Assembly (NCBI GenBank): GCA_947623665.1
Contig: CANQHJ010000002.1
Coordinates: 1-50,949 of the forward strand
Reading direction: 5' to 3'
Origin: an uncultured Bacilli bacterium
GTDB taxonomy: Bacteria > Bacillota_I > Bacilli_A > RF39 > UBA660
DNA length: 50,949 nucleotides
A model generated the notes under the pieces. It saw only the letters and a program-made list of their open reading frames with translations, had not been told where the DNA came from and searched no databases. Within the stretch, counting starts at the first letter, position 1, and the number at the start of each line of letters is the position of its first letter. The position numbers were made by a program, and so were the translations under genes. Below are positions 18,303 to 27,174 of this stretch, in pieces.

Positions 18303-19616
18303 ATGGAAGTCGTCGGTTTAAGTCGTGATAAGATAAAAAAAATATCACAATATAAAAATGAAGATAAATGGATTTTAGATTATCGCTTAAAAAGTTATGA
18401 TTTATTTAAGAATTTTCCTATGCCTAAATTTGGTCCAGAGATTAATCTTAATTTTGATGATATTATTTATTATAAAGCAGATGATAGGGATTTAGAGATT
18501 AAGAAGGATTGGAATCAGGTATTAAAACCTATTCAAGATGAATTTAGGGATCTTGGTGTTATTGAGAGTGAGGCTCATATGGATGGTATGGGTATTCAAT
18601 ATGAGAGTGAAGTAATATATCATAATATGTTAGATGAGATAGAAAAAAAGAATGTAATTTTTACATCTATTGAGGATGCTATGAAGAAGTATCCTGATCT
18701 TGTTAAAAAGTATTTTGGTAAGATTGTCTCTAATGATGATAATAAATTTGCTTCTTTAAATAGTGCAGTTTTTAGTGGAGGTAGTTTTATATATATTCCA
18801 CCTAATACTACTCTTGATAGACCACTTCAAAGTTATTTTCGTATTAATAGTCGTAATATGGGACAGTTTGAGAGAAGTTTAATTATTGTTGATGATAATA
18901 GTTCTCTACATTATATAGAAGGTTGTACTGCACCTACTTATGCTGAGAGTTCTTTACATGCTGCGGTTGTTGAGATTTATGTTGGAAAGAACAGTAAATG
19001 TCGTTATTCTACTATTCAAAACTGGGCTGTTAATGTTTATAATTTAGTTACTAAAAGAGCATTAGTTGATGATGGTGGAACAATGGAATGGATAGATGGT
19101 AATATTGGAAGTAATGTTACAATGAAATATCCTTGTTGTGTGTTAAAAGGTGATAAATCTAGTGGTACTTGTGTAACTATTAGTGTTGCAACTAATAATC
19201 AAAATCAAGATACGGGTGCTAAAATGATACATTTAGGAAAAGACACTCATAGTAATATTATTTCTAAGAGTATTGCAAGAAGTGGAGGAAATGCTACTTA
19301 TCGTGGAAAAGTATTTATTGATAAAGATGCTTCTAATAGTGAGGCAGTAGTTAAATGTGATACTTTAATAATTGATGATAAATCTAAAAGTGATACATAT
19401 CCTATTAATATTTGTTATAATCATGATAGTAATATAGAACATGAGGCTACTGTTTCTAAGATTAGTGAAGATAAACTTTTCTATATGAAAAGTCGTGGTA
19501 TAAATGAAGAGAAAGCAGTAGAATTAATAGTTTTAGGATTTATTGAAAAGTTTAGAGAAGAGTTACCTGTTGAATATGCAGTTGAATTAAATCAATTAAT
19601 TAAGAGAAACTTGTAA
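18303..19616 (+). CDS. sufB: Fe-S cluster assembly scaffold SufB
   Basis: 437 aa with a SufB-type core (GGSFIYIPPN, HYIEGCTAP, LFYMKSRGI). Confidence 0.9.
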   Translation: MEVVGLSRDKIKKISQYKNEDKWILDYRLKSYDLFKNFPMPKFGPEINLNFDDIIYYKADDRDLEIKKDWNQVLKPIQDEFRDLGVIESEAHMDGMGIQYESEVIYHNMLDEIEKKNVIFTSIEDAMKKYPDLVKKYFGKIVSNDDNKFASLNSAVFSGGSFIYIPPNTTLDRPLQSYFRINSRNMGQFERSLIIVDDNSSLHYIEGCTAPTYAESSLHAAVVEIYVGKNSKCRYSTIQNWAVNVYNLVTKRALVDDGGTMEWIDGNIGSNVTMKYPCCVLKGDKSSGTCVTISVATNNQNQDTGAKMIHLGKDTHSNIISKSIARSGGNATYRGKVFIDKDASNSEAVVKCDTLIIDDKSKSDTYPINICYNHDSNIEHEATVSKISEDKLFYMKSRGINEEKAVELIVLGFIEKFREELPVEYAVELNQLIKRNL

Positions 19617-19655
19617 TGTTGTTTATTCAAATACATATTTAATACTAATTTATAA

Positions 19656-19681
19656 AATTCCCTTAGGGGAATTCTTTTTTT
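19656..19681 (+). terminator. Rho-independent terminator after sufB
   Basis: AATTCCC (19656-19662), short loop, GGGAATT (19667-19673), then CTTTTTTT. Confidence 0.6.
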
Positions 19682-19718
19682 GCTTGTAAAAGCCTTATGA
19701 AATAACGGTTTTAGTGGT

Positions 19719-19747
19719 TTGCAAAAAGTTTTAAAAGCATCTATTAT
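19719..19747 (+). promoter_or_regulatory. Sigma-A-type promoter for ssb
   Basis: TTGCAA (19719-19724), 17-nt spacer, TATTAT (19742-19747). Confidence 0.45.
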
Positions 19748-19768
19748 ACACTTTTGAAAGGAGGTAAT

Positions 19769-20119
19769 ATGCTAAATTATATTAACTTAGTAGGTCGATT
19801 AGTTAGAAAACCTAAGCTTGCTAAGACTGATAGTGGTAAGACAATTACTACAGTTACACTTGCTGTTCCAAGAAGTTTTAAAAATATGGATGGAGTATAT
19901 GATACTGATTTTATTGATTGTACTTGTTGGGATAGTGTTGCAATTAATACTCATGAGTATTGTAATGTAGGAGATGTTTTATGCATTAAAGGACGTCTTA
20001 GTTCTAGATTAGTTGCAGAGGAAGACTTTAATAAGAAAAAGTTAGAAGTTATTGCAGAGAAGATTACTTTTTTAACAACTAGAAAAAAAGAAGAAACAGA
20101 AGAAGAAGTAGACGAATAA
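19769..20119 (+). CDS. ssb: Single-stranded DNA-binding protein, short form
   Basis: OB-fold pattern NLVGRLVRKPKL...TVTLAV.R....DFIDC..W. ATG 19769 lies behind AAAGGAGG. About 116 aa, with an acidic tail EEEVDE but no D-D-D-[IL]-P-F tip. Confidence 0.8.
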   Translation: MLNYINLVGRLVRKPKLAKTDSGKTITTVTLAVPRSFKNMDGVYDTDFIDCTCWDSVAINTHEYCNVGDVLCIKGRLSSRLVAEEDFNKKKLEVIAEKITFLTTRKKEETEEEVDE

Positions 20120-20197
20120 ATTTCTTATTAGTTAACTTTTTACAATTTAGAGTTCTCTATCTTTATAATTAATTGTGTTATAGAGGTGAGCAATTAT

Positions 20198-20548
20198 ATG
20201 TTAGGTAAGAGAATTAAAGAGTTGAGGAAACAACATGGACTTACTCAGGAAGCTTTTGGAAAAATTATTAATGTTACTAAAGTTAGTGTTTGTTGTTATG
20301 AAAATGGAACAAGAACTCCTACTTTAGATACGTTACATAAACTTTCTGACTATTTTGGGAAAGATATTAATTATTTTTTAGGTAATGATGAATATGTAGT
20401 TGCGGATAGTGATGTAAAGTATGGAAGATCTATGGCACATGAAGAAATAGAATTTATTGAGGAGATACGTAAATACTCTAAACTTCACAGTAAGATTATA
20501 GATGATCCAAAAAGAATAGCACAATTAATTAGTAAAAAAATAGGATAA
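20198..20548 (+). CDS. XRE-family helix-turn-helix transcriptional regulator
   Basis: HTH_3 pattern LGKRIKELRKQHGLTQEAFGKIINVTKVSVCCYENGTRTP. ATG 20198 lies behind AGAGGTGA. Confidence 0.8.
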   Translation: MLGKRIKELRKQHGLTQEAFGKIINVTKVSVCCYENGTRTPTLDTLHKLSDYFGKDINYFLGNDEYVVADSDVKYGRSMAHEEIEFIEEIRKYSKLHSKIIDDPKRIAQLISKKIG

Positions 20549-20576
20549 AACTAAATTATTTTAGTTTTTTTCTTTT
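20547..20576 (+). terminator. AT-rich Rho-independent terminator
   Basis: AAAACTAAA, loop TTAT, TTTAGTTTT, then TTTCTTTTT. Confidence 0.45.
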
Positions 20577-20615
20577 TAAAAAAATGTTATACTAAGATAA
20601 AGGTAGGGTGGTTTT

Positions 20616-21254
20616 ATGATAAGAAAATATAAAATTATGGATAAAAAGTCGAGTTATATTGATAGTAGTGTAATAATTGGGGAAAATGTAGTTATTGGAC
20701 CTAATGTTTCTTTACGTGGTAAGACTGTGATTGGAGATAATACTGTTATTGATCAAAATACTATTATTGTAGATAGTGTTATTGGTAAAAATAATTATAT
20801 AGTTTCTTCTGTTATAGAGAAAAATAATTTAATAGGAGATAATAATAAAATAGGACCTTTTACTCATTTAAAAGAGGATAATACTATTGGTGAATATAAT
20901 GAAATTGGTAGTTATGTTGAGATGAAAAAAAGTAGTATTGGAAATAATAATAAGATGAAACATTTATCTTATCTTGGAAATGTTGAAATAGAAAATAATG
21001 TTAATATAGGTGCTGGAGTTGTGTTTGCTAATTATAATTCTAAGACTAAAGTTAAAGCAGAATGTAGAGTTTTAGATAATGCAAGTATTGGGTCTAATTG
21101 TACAATAGTTGCACCAGTTACTGTTGGTAAAAATAGTTTGATAGGTGCTGGTACTGTTGTAAGAGAAGATATAGAAGATGATAGTCTATATTTCACTTGT
21201 GGAAAAGAAGTTTATAAAAAAGGATATTATCAAGGTGATAAGGATGATAGTTGA
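20616..21254 (+). CDS. Stand-alone left-handed beta-helix (hexapeptide-repeat) acyltransferase, GlmU C-terminal-domain-like
   Basis: 212 aa of [LIV]-G-x4 hexapeptide repeats (VIIGENVVIGPNVSLRGKTVIGDNTVI...). No N-terminal nucleotidyltransferase domain is present. Confidence 0.7.
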   Translation: MIRKYKIMDKKSSYIDSSVIIGENVVIGPNVSLRGKTVIGDNTVIDQNTIIVDSVIGKNNYIVSSVIEKNNLIGDNNKIGPFTHLKEDNTIGEYNEIGSYVEMKKSSIGNNNKMKHLSYLGNVEIENNVNIGAGVVFANYNSKTKVKAECRVLDNASIGSNCTIVAPVTVGKNSLIGAGTVVREDIEDDSLYFTCGKEVYKKGYYQGDKDDS

Positions 21255-22470
21255 TATAATTAATAAAAAAAGAAGAGGAGAAAGTTTAACTCATGAAGAG
21301 TTAGATAAAATATTTCTTGGTTATTTAAATGATGAAGTATTTGATTATCAGATGAGTGCTTTTTTGATGGCTGTGTGTTTAAATGGTATGAATGATGATG
21401 AAATATTTTATGTTACAGATTTATTTATAAATAGTGGAAAAGTTTTAGATTTATCAGATATAGAAGGTGTTAAAGTAGATAAACATTCAACAGGTGGTAT
21501 TGGAGATAAAACTACTTTGATAATCTCTCCAATAGTTGCAGCTTTAAATGTTCCTGTTGTTAAATTTAGTGGTAGAGGACTTGGTATTACTGGTGGTACT
21601 ATTGATAAACTTTCGTCTATTCCAGGTTTTAATTGTAATCTTAGTTATGATGAAATAATTAAGCAAGCAAAAGAGATTGGTATAGTTAATTGTGCTGTTA
21701 GTGATGATTTAGTTCCTCTTGATAAAAAGGTTTATGCGCTAAGAGATGTTACTGGAACTAGTGAATCTATTCCTTTAATTGCAATCAGTATTATGAGTAA
21801 AAAGATTGCTGGGGGTGCTGATAAAATTTTACTTGATGTAAAATATGGAGATGGTGCTCTTGTAAAGAAAAAAGAAGAGGCATTAGAACTTGCAAATCTT
21901 ATGGCTAATATTGGAGAAAAATATAAAAAAGAAGTCAGATATGTAATTTCTGATATGAATGCTCCTTTGGGGTATGCTATTGGTAATAGATTAGAAGTAA
22001 TGGAAGCTTTACTTTTATTAAGAGATAATAAAGCTAATCCTAATTTAAAGAAATTATGTGTTGAACTAGCTTCTAATATGGTTAGTATGGCTTGGAATAT
22101 ACCAGTTGATGTTGCATCACTTCAAGTTGAGGAGGTTATTGAGTCTGGTAAGGCATATCGTAAGTTTTTAGATTTAGTAAAATATCAAAAAGGTGATATA
22201 GAAAAGCTAAAAGTAGAGGCTAAACAAAAGGATATAATTTCTACTAAATCTGGTATAATAAAAGAGATAAAGGCTTTAGAATTTGGTAAATATTCAATAG
22301 AACTTGGTAGTGGACGTATGGATAAAGATAGTGATATTAATCCTAATGTAGGAATATATCTTCATTGTAAAGTTGGGGATAATATTAAACAAGGAGATGT
22401 TTTATGTAATATTTTTTATGATAAAAAATTTCCAGAGTTTGATATAGATAAATTTTTTGTAATAAAGTAA
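21244..22470 (+). CDS. pdp: Pyrimidine-nucleoside (thymidine) phosphorylase
   Basis: Motif DKHSTGGIGDK, about 408 aa. The internal ATG 21244 (MIVDIINKKRRGE) is the sensible start; the track start at 21178 lies inside the preceding gene. Confidence 0.9.
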   Translation: MIVDIINKKRRGESLTHEELDKIFLGYLNDEVFDYQMSAFLMAVCLNGMNDDEIFYVTDLFINSGKVLDLSDIEGVKVDKHSTGGIGDKTTLIISPIVAALNVPVVKFSGRGLGITGGTIDKLSSIPGFNCNLSYDEIIKQAKEIGIVNCAVSDDLVPLDKKVYALRDVTGTSESIPLIAISIMSKKIAGGADKILLDVKYGDGALVKKKEEALELANLMANIGEKYKKEVRYVISDMNAPLGYAIGNRLEVMEALLLLRDNKANPNLKKLCVELASNMVSMAWNIPVDVASLQVEEVIESGKAYRKFLDLVKYQKGDIEKLKVEAKQKDIISTKSGIIKEIKALEFGKYSIELGSGRMDKDSDINPNVGIYLHCKVGDNIKQGDVLCNIFYDKKFPEFDIDKFFVIK

Positions 22471-22563
22471 AATTGTGTAAAAAATAAAAAAATATTGTAA
22501 AGTGTTCCTTTTTTTGAAAATTTATGCTATACTATAAGCGTGAGAAAGGGAGGAAGGTTTAAT

Positions 22564-23805
22564 ATGATGAAAGGTGATAATATGAAAAAGAAAAGAAATA
22601 AAATGGATCCTATAGGAAATTTTGTAAGGTATGGTAGTTCTTCTGCTAAATGGACAGCATTATTTTCATTGCTTGCAATATTTTCAATATTAACAATGAG
22701 TATTGCACAAGTGTCTTTTGCAATTGGAACTGATTATCCAGAACAACTTACTCAATCTAGTATGGATACAGAAATGCAATTAAAAGATAGTAGTAAGCAA
22801 TATGCTATTCCAAATGGAGGAATTAAACCTAAATATGCTATGGCAAATGGAAAGAAAGTTCCTGTTTATTGTTTAGAGATTTGGGCTGAGTTTCCAACAA
22901 GCGCATATCCTAAAACTTTTGACAAGACAAGTGAACAAACTTATATGACTCCAGGAGTTGCTGCATTACTTACTTATGCTGATTCAGTTGAAGGACCATT
23001 TGGAAAAGTTCTTTCTGATACTCCAGATAGTAATAAGGCAGAACAAGCTTCTGTTCAACTTGCATTATGGCTTTATCTATATACAAAGAATGTTAATGAT
23101 TATCAAAATAAAGTTGCACAAGTTCATAATGCTGGTGGTACAGCAGCACAATTTTATATGGATTCAACTTCAGAGGCAAAGATTTATTCTTACCCAGTAT
23201 ATGGTGCTAAGATAAAACAATTAGTTCAATTTGCTAGAGACCATGAGGGAGACTTTAATAGTCCATCAGTTGGAGTTTCTACAGAAAATCCAAGTTGGTC
23301 TACTGAAGGAGACTATAAAGTTTCTGAAGGAATTACACTTAATATTAGTCCAATTGAAACATTAGAATCATTTAATATTACTATAAATGATGATGTACCA
23401 GAAGGAACAGTTATCTTAGTTGGTGATGAAGAATTTACTAAGGATCAACTTGGTGAAAATAAATCATTTACTAAAGCTGATGCTTCTAAGACTATAAAAA
23501 TTAAAGTTCCAATTAGTCAAATAACTAATACAAAAGGAAATATTAGTTTAGGTGTTACTACTAGACATATGAAATACAATGGTTGGGAATATAAAACTGA
23601 TAATGGTTCTACTCAAAAAATTGCATCAGGAAAACCTGTACCTGAGAGTGCAGATCATCAAATTAATGTTACAATAGAAGAAAAAGTTGAAGTTCCTGAG
23701 ACAGCACAAAACAGTTCAGTGGCATTATATATTATTGGCTTAATAGTTCTATTATGTGGTATTGGAATTGTGTACGCTAATGTTAACCCAACAAAACAAA
23801 AATAG
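22564..23805 (+). CDS. Cell-surface adhesin with putative thioester (TQXA-type) domain and sortase sorting signal
   Basis: The signal peptide ends ...AQVSFA/IG. Candidate thioester pair: VYCLEIW (Cys codon 22870-22872) and SVQLALW (Gln codon 23056-23058). The C-terminus is VPETA + hydrophobic TM + short basic tail. ATG 22564 lies behind AAAGGGAGGAAGG. Confidence 0.6.
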   Translation: MMKGDNMKKKRNKMDPIGNFVRYGSSSAKWTALFSLLAIFSILTMSIAQVSFAIGTDYPEQLTQSSMDTEMQLKDSSKQYAIPNGGIKPKYAMANGKKVPVYCLEIWAEFPTSAYPKTFDKTSEQTYMTPGVAALLTYADSVEGPFGKVLSDTPDSNKAEQASVQLALWLYLYTKNVNDYQNKVAQVHNAGGTAAQFYMDSTSEAKIYSYPVYGAKIKQLVQFARDHEGDFNSPSVGVSTENPSWSTEGDYKVSEGITLNISPIETLESFNITINDDVPEGTVILVGDEEFTKDQLGENKSFTKADASKTIKIKVPISQITNTKGNISLGVTTRHMKYNGWEYKTDNGSTQKIASGKPVPESADHQINVTIEEKVEVPETAQNSSVALYIIGLIVLLCGIGIVYANVNPTKQK

Positions 23806-24442
23806 AAAAAGAGTACAAAAGAGTCAAATTTTATTACTTGGCTCTTTACTTATATTTTTAGGTGGTATATCTTTATCTTATAACTTTATTAAAAGTTTAA
23901 AAGAAGATATTTTTGAAGAAATGAAACAGTTAATGGTTCAAGATAGACCATCTATACAGAATGTAAATAGTAATAATATTCCTATTACATCTGAACAAAC
24001 TGATGACGGTAGTAGTAATAATGTCGGAAGAACTGAAAATTTTGATAAATATTTGGGGATTTTGGAAATACCAAAAATAGGGTTGAAAAAAGGATTTTAC
24101 AATGTCGATTCAAGATATAATTCGATACAATATAATGTAACAGTAATACAAGGTTCTACTTTTCCAGATGTGGCGGGTGGTAATCTTATGTTAATGGCCC
24201 ACTCGGGTACTGCTTATATATCTTATTTTAGGTATTTATATAAACTTCAAGTAGGAGATATGGCATATGTAACTTATGGTGGTAATAAATATCAGTATAA
24301 GATTGTAAATATTTATAATGTCGATAAAACTGGTTCAGTTACTGTTGAAAGAAATTTTGACATTACTACACTAACCTTGATTACTTGTACTTATAAAGAT
24401 GATACTAAACAAACAGTTTATATTGCTGAATTAGTACAATAA
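23780..24442 (+). CDS. Sortase-family transpeptidase
   Basis: N-terminal TM anchor, His motif LMAHSG and catalytic Cys motif TLITCT. The start is uncertain (GTG 23756 or ATG 23780; both overlap the adhesin 3' end). Confidence 0.8.
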   Translation: MLTQQNKNRKRVQKSQILLLGSLLIFLGGISLSYNFIKSLKEDIFEEMKQLMVQDRPSIQNVNSNNIPITSEQTDDGSSNNVGRTENFDKYLGILEIPKIGLKKGFYNVDSRYNSIQYNVTVIQGSTFPDVAGGNLMLMAHSGTAYISYFRYLYKLQVGDMAYVTYGGNKYQYKIVNIYNVDKTGSVTVERNFDITTLTLITCTYKDDTKQTVYIAELVQ

Positions 24443-24458
24443 AAAGGAGGTTAGTAAT

Positions 24459-25034
24459 ATGGATTTAAATTCATTTGAAAAAATCGTTACAATATTTAAA
24501 TATATGATTTCTTCTTTTATGAATATTGAAATATTACTAATCATCCTTTTATTTTTTGGTTTAATATTTCTTAATGTTAAAAGAAATAATTTATATTTTA
24601 AAATTGGTGCTATTGTAAGTTTAATTATATTTTTTATAACAATATTTATATATTATTCTAGTTATGTGGGAGAATGTGTTACTAAGTTTATTAAATTACT
24701 TTTGAATTTATTTTATTTTCCTCCTACAGGTGTTTATTTTGTATATATGATATTTGTATTTATTGTTTTGATAATTAATTTATTTTATAAAAAAATAGAT
24801 ATTATATTTAGGCGTATTAATATAGTTTATTCGGGAGTTCTTTTTCTTTTTTATAGTGATGCTATAGCTTTTATTTTAACGAATAAAATTAATGTTTTTG
24901 ATAAAGCTTCTGTTTATGGAGATAATATATTACTTTCTATTATACAAATTAGTAATTTATTACTTGTAATATGGATTGCTTTTATGATTGGTTATATTTT
25001 GTATATGGTATTTAAGAAAGAAGATAATACTTGA
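24459..25034 (+). CDS. Polytopic membrane protein of unknown function
   Basis: 191 aa with about 5 hydrophobic helices. RBS AAGGAGG. Confidence 0.7.
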   Translation: MDLNSFEKIVTIFKYMISSFMNIEILLIILLFFGLIFLNVKRNNLYFKIGAIVSLIIFFITIFIYYSSYVGECVTKFIKLLLNLFYFPPTGVYFVYMIFVFIVLIINLFYKKIDIIFRRINIVYSGVLFLFYSDAIAFILTNKINVFDKASVYGDNILLSIIQISNLLLVIWIAFMIGYILYMVFKKEDNT

Positions 25035-25037
25035 GAT

Positions 25038-25856
25038 TTAGTTCTCAAGTTTTTGTATGTATTCTTCTAATGTTATTTTATGTTTATTTATGTAGGTAGC
25101 TATATTTTTTCCTACATATCGGTAATGCCAAGGTTCAAATTGGTATCCTGTTATATATTCTTTACTTTTTGGAAATCTTAATATAAAACCATATTTATAA
25201 CAATTTTTAATCATCCATTTATATTCTTTAGTTTTTTCAAAATTATTATAATCTGTATATATATTATCTACATCTAGAGAAAGACCTGTTTGATGTTCTG
25301 AAAAGCCTGGTCTTGCAGAGTAAGTGTCTGCATTTTCTTTACTATCATTTTTAACATAATTATTATATAATTTCTTTTGATAATCGTAGCTTCTATAGGC
25401 TGATATTGCTCTTATATAAAGATGTTTTTTATTATAAGCATCACTAGCAAGACTCTCGAAAGCAATTCTTGCTTCATGAACAAGAGTTAATCTACCTTTT
25501 TGATATCCATCATTAATCATTTCTAAGTTATTTGGAATATAGTTTTTTTCTAAATAATAATACTTATTTACTAATATTTTTTCTGTGTTTAAGTTGTTTG
25601 CCTTTTTAGTATGTGTGTAAAATTTATAGTCTAGATTTAAATTTACTCTATTTATTATTTCAGCCTTTGAAAGGTTTAAATTGTGTTTAGAATAATTTTC
25701 ATATCTACTTAAATTCTTTTCTTTGTAATTTTTAATATTATAAAAATTGTTGTTTATTTTTTTGTTAGTATATTTTTTAGGTATTATTAATAATAAAATT
25801 ATAGAAGTTATAGTTATAAAAATAATAAATATAATAATTAAAATATTTTTATTCAT
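25038..25856 (-). CDS. VanY-type D-alanyl-D-alanine carboxypeptidase (peptidase M15B)
   Basis: N-terminal TM. Zn-ligand motifs SEHQTGLSLD and EPWHYRYVG. Confidence 0.85.
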   Translation of the reverse strand: MNKNILIIIFIIFITITSIILLLIIPKKYTNKKINNNFYNIKNYKEKNLSRYENYSKHNLNLSKAEIINRVNLNLDYKFYTHTKKANNLNTEKILVNKYYYLEKNYIPNNLEMINDGYQKGRLTLVHEARIAFESLASDAYNKKHLYIRAISAYRSYDYQKKLYNNYVKNDSKENADTYSARPGFSEHQTGLSLDVDNIYTDYNNFEKTKEYKWMIKNCYKYGFILRFPKSKEYITGYQFEPWHYRYVGKNIATYINKHKITLEEYIQKLEN

Positions 25857-25946
25857 ATATTTCTCCTTATCATATTATAGTTATAAATAGTTTATATTAT
25901 GTATATTTTTGTTTAAAATGCATAAATGTTTTGTAGGAGTGGTTTA

Positions 25947-27113
25947 ATGAAGAAATTTATAATATTACTTTTATTAGTTGTTTTAATATTTCCTTGTATT
26001 GTTTATGCAGAGGAGAATAAGATAAATGAAACTAAGATGCTTGATAATGCTGTTAGTGGTTTATTGATGGAAGAATCAACTGGAGAAGTTATTTTTGAAA
26101 AAGAAAAAGATAAGCAAGTGGCAGTTGCTTCTATGACTAAGATGGTTGCACAAATAATAATACTTGAAAATATTGAAAATGGTTCAATTAAATGGAGTGA
26201 TGTAGTAACTGTTTCTCCAAATGCAGCAGAAATGGGAGGTTCTCAGATATATTTAGAGGCTGGAGAGAAAATGACTGTTAAGGACTTATTTAAGGGTGTT
26301 TCTATGGCAAGTGCTAATGATGCAGTTGTTCAACTTGCAGAAGTTATTAGTGGAAGTGAAGCAAAGTTTGTAGAACTTATGAATAAAAAAGTAAAAGATT
26401 TAGGACTTAAGAATACTAATTTTGTTAATGCTACTGGTCTTGATGAGGATGGTCATTATTCATCTGCTTATGATATGGCTGTTATTGCAAGAGAGTTACT
26501 TAAACATGAGGAGATATTAAAGTTTTCATCTGTATATGAAGATTATTTAAGAGAAGATAGTGAAGATAAGTTTTGGCTTGTTAATACAAATCGATTAGTT
26601 AAATTTTATGATGGTGCAGATGGTTTAAAAACAGGTCATACTGATAATGCCAAGTATTGTATTGCTGCAACTGCAAAAAGAGATGATATGAGACTTATTG
26701 CTATAGTGCTTGGAGAGGAGAATAGTAAAACTCGTAATGCAGAGACAATGGCACTTTTAGATTTTGGATTTAATAGTAAAAAGGTGAAAGTTTTAAAGAA
26801 AAAAGGGGAAGTTATAGATAAAATAAATATTTCACATGGTAGTAGAGAATATTTAGATTTGGTTACTGATTCTGACTTAGGTGTTTTAGAAAATAAAGGT
26901 ATTTCTAATAAAAAGTATAATATTGATACAAAAATAGATAATATTACTTTACCAATAAAAAAAGGAGAAATAGTGGGTAAGGTTTATATAAAAGAAAAAG
27001 GGAAAAAGGTGTTAGAAAAAGATTTATTTGCAGGCAGTAATATAGAAAAATTAAGTTTTATAGATATATATTTGGATACTTTAAAAAATGGTTTACTAGG
27101 TAAGGTAAATTAA
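25947..27113 (+). CDS. Serine-type D-Ala-D-Ala carboxypeptidase (PBP5/DacA-DacB-like, S11)
   Basis: Signal peptide, SMTK (SxxK), SAN (SxN) and KTGHT (KTG), plus a PBP5 C-terminal beta-domain. ATG 25947 lies behind TAGGAGTGG. Confidence 0.85.
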   Translation: MKKFIILLLLVVLIFPCIVYAEENKINETKMLDNAVSGLLMEESTGEVIFEKEKDKQVAVASMTKMVAQIIILENIENGSIKWSDVVTVSPNAAEMGGSQIYLEAGEKMTVKDLFKGVSMASANDAVVQLAEVISGSEAKFVELMNKKVKDLGLKNTNFVNATGLDEDGHYSSAYDMAVIARELLKHEEILKFSSVYEDYLREDSEDKFWLVNTNRLVKFYDGADGLKTGHTDNAKYCIAATAKRDDMRLIAIVLGEENSKTRNAETMALLDFGFNSKKVKVLKKKGEVIDKINISHGSREYLDLVTDSDLGVLENKGISNKKYNIDTKIDNITLPIKKGEIVGKVYIKEKGKKVLEKDLFAGSNIEKLSFIDIYLDTLKNGLLGKVN

Positions 27114-27137
27114 GTTCACTTATGTGAACTTTTTTCT
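27113..27137 (+). terminator. Rho-independent terminator
   Basis: AGTTCAC, loop TTAT, GTGAACT, then TTTTTTC. Confidence 0.6.
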
Positions 27138-27145
27138 TTTAATTG

Positions 27146-27154
27146 TGGTAAAAT
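27146..27154 (+). promoter_or_regulatory. Extended -10 TGGTAAAAT for mgtE
   Basis: TGnTAAAAT lies 21 nt upstream of the mgtE ATG. The intergenic region is only about 60 nt. Confidence 0.35.
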
Positions 27155-27174
27155 AATAGAAAGGAGTTGATATT

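Noticed and set aside
19617-20616. ssb-XRE region as a prophage or ICE fragment
   Set aside because: No integrase, recombinase, replication, capsid or conjugation genes and no flanking direct repeats are visible. It is kept only as a low-interest finding, not called a mobile element.
21178-21243. Upstream extension of the pdp ORF (track start 21178)
   Set aside because: The extension lies wholly within the preceding acyltransferase gene. The conserved N-terminus of pyrimidine-nucleoside phosphorylases begins at MIVDIINKKR (ATG 21244).
22958-23215. 85-aa + strand ORF in an alternative frame of the adhesin gene
   Set aside because: It is an out-of-frame overlap with the adhesin CDS, which has a signal peptide and sorting signal. 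It has no RBS.
27114-27174. Possible M-box (Mg2+) riboswitch upstream of mgtE
   Set aside because: The intergenic space is only about 60 nt and is filled by a terminator and a -10 box. An M-box needs about 160 nt of structured leader.
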